Positions 33,266-35,785 of a stretch of DNA of 35,785 nucleotides are shown here, piece by piece (position 1 is the first letter of the stretch; each line of letters begins with the position of its first letter). Origin of the DNA: a bacterium (GTDB lineage Bacteria; Chloroflexota; Anaerolineae; Anaerolineales; Villigracilaceae); contig JAVHNW010000280.1 in assembly GCA_036169755.1 (NCBI GenBank), positions 1-35,785 of the forward strand, given 5' to 3'. The notes under the pieces are model-generated. The model made no database searches and had not been told where the DNA came from. It saw only the letters and a program-made list of their open reading frames with translations. A program made the translations under genes and the position numbers.

Positions 33266-34255
33266 ATGCCTTTGCCGTTAAAAACAGGCGAGGTCTTGAG
33301 CGCGCGTTACGTCCTGAAGGAACGCATCGGGCAGGGCGGCATGGGAAATATTTACCTTGCCGACGACCAGGTGCTGGAAGGGCGGCGCTGTGCGCTTAAA
33401 GAAGTCGAACACGACCGAAGTCTGCCAAAAAAAATCCTAAGTGAAGCCCGCGAGCAGTTTTTACGCGAGGCGACAGTTTTGGCGCGCCTGGATCATCCCA
33501 ACCTGCCCAAAGTGTCGGATTTCTTTTCGGTTGGCGAGCGCGATTATCTGGTGATGGATTTTGTGCCCGGCAAAGATTTGCGTACCTTGATGCTGGAAGC
33601 CCGCGCCGCAAACGCCTTTTTGGAGGAGCGGGTGACGCTGGATTGGGCTGCGCAGCTTTGTGATGCGCTGACCTACCTCCACCGTCAATCACCGCCCATT
33701 GTTCACCGCGACATCAAACCGAGTAATCTAAAATTAACGCCGGATGGCCTGCTCAAGTTGGTGGATTTCGGTCTGGTGAAGGTTCTCGCGCCAGACGAAG
33801 AAACCATCACCATTATTCAAGGGCAGGGCACGGTGCTGTACACGCCGCTGGAGCAGTTTGGCGGCAGTCAGAGCCACACCGATGTCCGCTCGGATATTTT
33901 TGCTTTTGGGGCCACTCTGTATCATCTGCTCACCAACGCGCCGCCCGCCGATGCGCGTCAGCGATTTTTGCGCCCCGAAGCGCTGGTTGCGCCGCGAAAA
34001 ATCAACCCGGCAATTTCGCTGCGAACAGAACGCGCCATCTTGTGGGCGCTGGAACTACATCCAGATTCGCGGCCCGATTCGGTTGAAACTCTGCGTCAAT
34101 ACCTGTTCGGCACCAAAGAGTTGCCCACCCGCCCGCTGAATCGCGCGCGCCGGGCGACAACATTTGACACCCTGCTGGCGCCGCCCGAAAACCTGCTTCT
34201 GGTCACCGGGCTGGGGCTGCTGCTCTTGGGGCTGATTGCCACGCTGGGACATTAA
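33266..34255 (+). CDS. Hanks-type Ser/Thr protein kinase, C-terminally tail-anchored
   Basis: GQGGMGNIY, ALKEV, HRDIKPSNL and DFG motifs. The single TM LLLVTGLGLLLLGLIATLG ends 1 aa before the stop. ATG 33266 has GGAG 10 nt upstream. An alternative GTG lies at 33206. Confidence 0.88.
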   Translation: MPLPLKTGEVLSARYVLKERIGQGGMGNIYLADDQVLEGRRCALKEVEHDRSLPKKILSEAREQFLREATVLARLDHPNLPKVSDFFSVGERDYLVMDFVPGKDLRTLMLEARAANAFLEERVTLDWAAQLCDALTYLHRQSPPIVHRDIKPSNLKLTPDGLLKLVDFGLVKVLAPDEETITIIQGQGTVLYTPLEQFGGSQSHTDVRSDIFAFGATLYHLLTNAPPADARQRFLRPEALVAPRKINPAISLRTERAILWALELHPDSRPDSVETLRQYLFGTKELPTRPLNRARRATTFDTLLAPPENLLLVTGLGLLLLGLIATLGH

Positions 34256-35217
34256 TCTTCATCGGGGTAATTTCCCAGCAGCTGCTCAATCCGCTCCAGC
34301 ACATCATCATTCAGTTTCTCCACCGTTTCAGCCGAATCGAGATTTTCCTGTAACTGCGCCGGGCGAGTCGCCCCGGTGATAACTGTGCTGACATCTTTTC
34401 GGCGCAGCAGCCAGGCCAACGCCAACTGCGGCATGGATATGTGCAAATCCTGCGCCACCTTAGCCAGTTCGCGCACAATCGCCACACGTTCGGGGGTAAT
34501 CCGGTCTCGTATCCAGGCCATGCTGTCCATCGCGGCGCGCGTCCCCAGCGGAATGCCGTCATTATATTTTCCGGTCAAAATGCCATAATACAGCGGGCTC
34601 CAGGTCATCAGGCCCAGACCGTGCTCACGGCAGAGCGGCGCCAATTCCGTTTCCACCCGGCGGCGGTGGAACATGTTGTACTGAGGCTGTTCAGCAGTCG
34701 GCGCGGCCATGTGATGTAAATTCGCCAGATGAATCGCATCGGTCACCTGCCAGGCGCGCCACTCGGAAGTTCCCCAGTACAAAATTTTTCCCTGCCGAAT
34801 TAACGTATCCATCGTATAAACCACCTCGTCCACCGGCGTATCCGGGTCGAAGCGGTGACAAAAATATAAATCGAGGTACTCCGTTCCCAGGCGGCGCAAA
34901 GAGGCATTAACTGACTCGATAATATGCTTACGCGAAAGTCCACGCCCATTCGGGCCAGGCATAGTCGGCCAAAAAACTTTCGAGGAAAGTACCAGCGCCT
35001 GGCGCGGCAAATCACGTATCGCCCGGCCCATCACTTCTTCCGAGAGACCGTTGGCGTAAATATCCGCGTTGTCAAAAAAATTCACCCCGGCTTCGTACGC
35101 GGCGCGCACCAAATCGCCAGCAATCGTCTCATCCACCTGCCCACCAAATGTCACCCACGAACCGAGTGAAATTTCGCTTACTTTAAGGCCAGACCGGCCT
35201 AAACGACGGTAATGCAT
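34252..35217 (-). CDS. Aldo/keto reductase (Kv-beta-like subfamily)
   Basis: MHYRRLGRSGLKVSEISLGSW, FDNADIYANG and GTSEW motifs. ATG 35217 has SD AAGGAG. The longer 35283 start was rejected. Confidence 0.9.
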   Translation of the reverse strand: MHYRRLGRSGLKVSEISLGSWVTFGGQVDETIAGDLVRAAYEAGVNFFDNADIYANGLSEEVMGRAIRDLPRQALVLSSKVFWPTMPGPNGRGLSRKHIIESVNASLRRLGTEYLDLYFCHRFDPDTPVDEVVYTMDTLIRQGKILYWGTSEWRAWQVTDAIHLANLHHMAAPTAEQPQYNMFHRRRVETELAPLCREHGLGLMTWSPLYYGILTGKYNDGIPLGTRAAMDSMAWIRDRITPERVAIVRELAKVAQDLHISMPQLALAWLLRRKDVSTVITGATRPAQLQENLDSAETVEKLNDDVLERIEQLLGNYPDED

Positions 35218-35228
35218 GGCAACTCCTT

Positions 35229-35785
35229 TCAGGGTTGAACAACATCCACAATTTGTCCCAGCCCGTTGACCGTTAAAAGCCACTCTGAGCCAGGCGTAAA
35301 GGCACCAAACTGCCCCGCTTCGCTGGTCTGGTATTCCATCTCACCCTTGTTTGTTTCAAAATAGACCCAATACTGCTCGCCGCGCGCGCCCTCGCGTGTA
35401 GTTTCGTTCACCAAAACTACCGGCCAAAGCGGCGACAAATCGTCACCGCGCTCCACCGCCTGGTCAGTCACCAGCCAGGCCAACGCAGTATAACGGCAAT
35501 AATCGGCGTAGATTTTATAGACGCAATCTTGTACCGTTTCGGCGTAGCCGTTGCCCCGGTCAACCGTGTACGGAGCGCCGCAAACTTCCTGTGCGCCGGG
35601 CGCAGGCTGGTCTTGCGTGCTGCGAACTTCCTGACGGCAGGAAAGTGTCTCGGCGCCCGCCGGAATTTGGTCGCGCCAGCTTTCGCGGGTCACCGGCTGA
35701 AGCGACTCAATTTCAATGCTTCTTTCCCAGGCCACACGCTGAACCACGCCGGAAAACGAATCGGTGCGCAGAAAAAAATATCCGA
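35229..35785 (-). CDS. Hypothetical Cys-containing protein, probably 5'-truncated by the window edge
   Basis: The frame stays open from the GTG at 35747 to the window end, and that GTG has no SD. It lies 11 nt upstream of the AKR gene. I recognise no family. Confidence 0.45.
   Translation of the reverse strand, partial: GYFFLRTDSFSGVVQRVAWERSIEIESLQPVTRESWRDQIPAGAETLSCRQEVRSTQDQPAPGAQEVCGAPYTVDRGNGYAETVQDCVYKIYADYCRYTALAWLVTDQAVERGDDLSPLWPVVLVNETTREGARGEQYWVYFETNKGEMEYQTSEAGQFGAFTPGSEWLLTVNGLGQIVDVVQP

Noticed and set aside
1-35785. Search for tRNA or rRNA genes, CRISPR arrays, IS elements or transposases, integrases, prophage genes and toxin-antitoxin pairs.
   Set aside because: Most intergenic regions are under ~110 nt and are accounted for by promoters and hairpins. 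I saw no direct-repeat arrays, no terminal inverted repeats flanking a transposase-like ORF, and no recombinase motifs in any frame.

Overview
This 35.8 kb window looks like moderately GC-rich bacterial chromosome with tightly packed genes. I found no rRNA, tRNA, CRISPR array, transposase, integrase or phage genes. I support about 34 protein-coding genes, all called from motifs read in the ORF-track translations; no database search was possible. They are listed here by function.

- **Housekeeping:** hflX, pepF-like M3 peptidase, xseA/xseB, murJ, pgk, gap, a YvcK/CofD-family protein, a ROK glucokinase-like protein, a class-III aminotransferase and an aldo/keto reductase.
- **Cell envelope:** a PLD-like lipoprotein, an ICMT-family methyltransferase, VanW, an LCP ligase, an EamA transporter, a UbiA prenyltransferase, a DUF212 protein and a phosphodiester glycosidase.
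- **Signalling:** two orphan histidine kinases, an ECF sigma factor with a DUF5667/DUF5666 membrane partner and a paralogous DUF5666 lipoprotein, and an FHA-wHTH regulator placed divergently from a tail-anchored Hanks kinase.

The domain repertoire suggests a Chloroflexota-like lineage, but that is inference only.

I do not see an unambiguous new multi-gene system such as a defence island, mobile element or biosynthetic cluster. The observations most worth follow-up are these:

1. A recurring promoter geometry, TGnTAAAnT-N6-start codon, with no Shine-Dalgarno sequence. It implies leaderless mRNAs for at least five genes that each appear to head a transcription unit.
2. The FHA-wHTH / kinase pair, whose -10 hexamers overlap.
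3. An orphan 849-aa HerA/FtsK-type ATPase with an uncharacterised coiled-coil C-terminal half.
4. The ECF sigma / DUF5667-5666 / secreted DUF5666 module.
5. A translationally coupled UbiA-CDGSH pair.
6. Several unusual RNA hairpins and convergent gene pairs that share a TTAA stop.

All family assignments need confirmation by HMM or structure searches.
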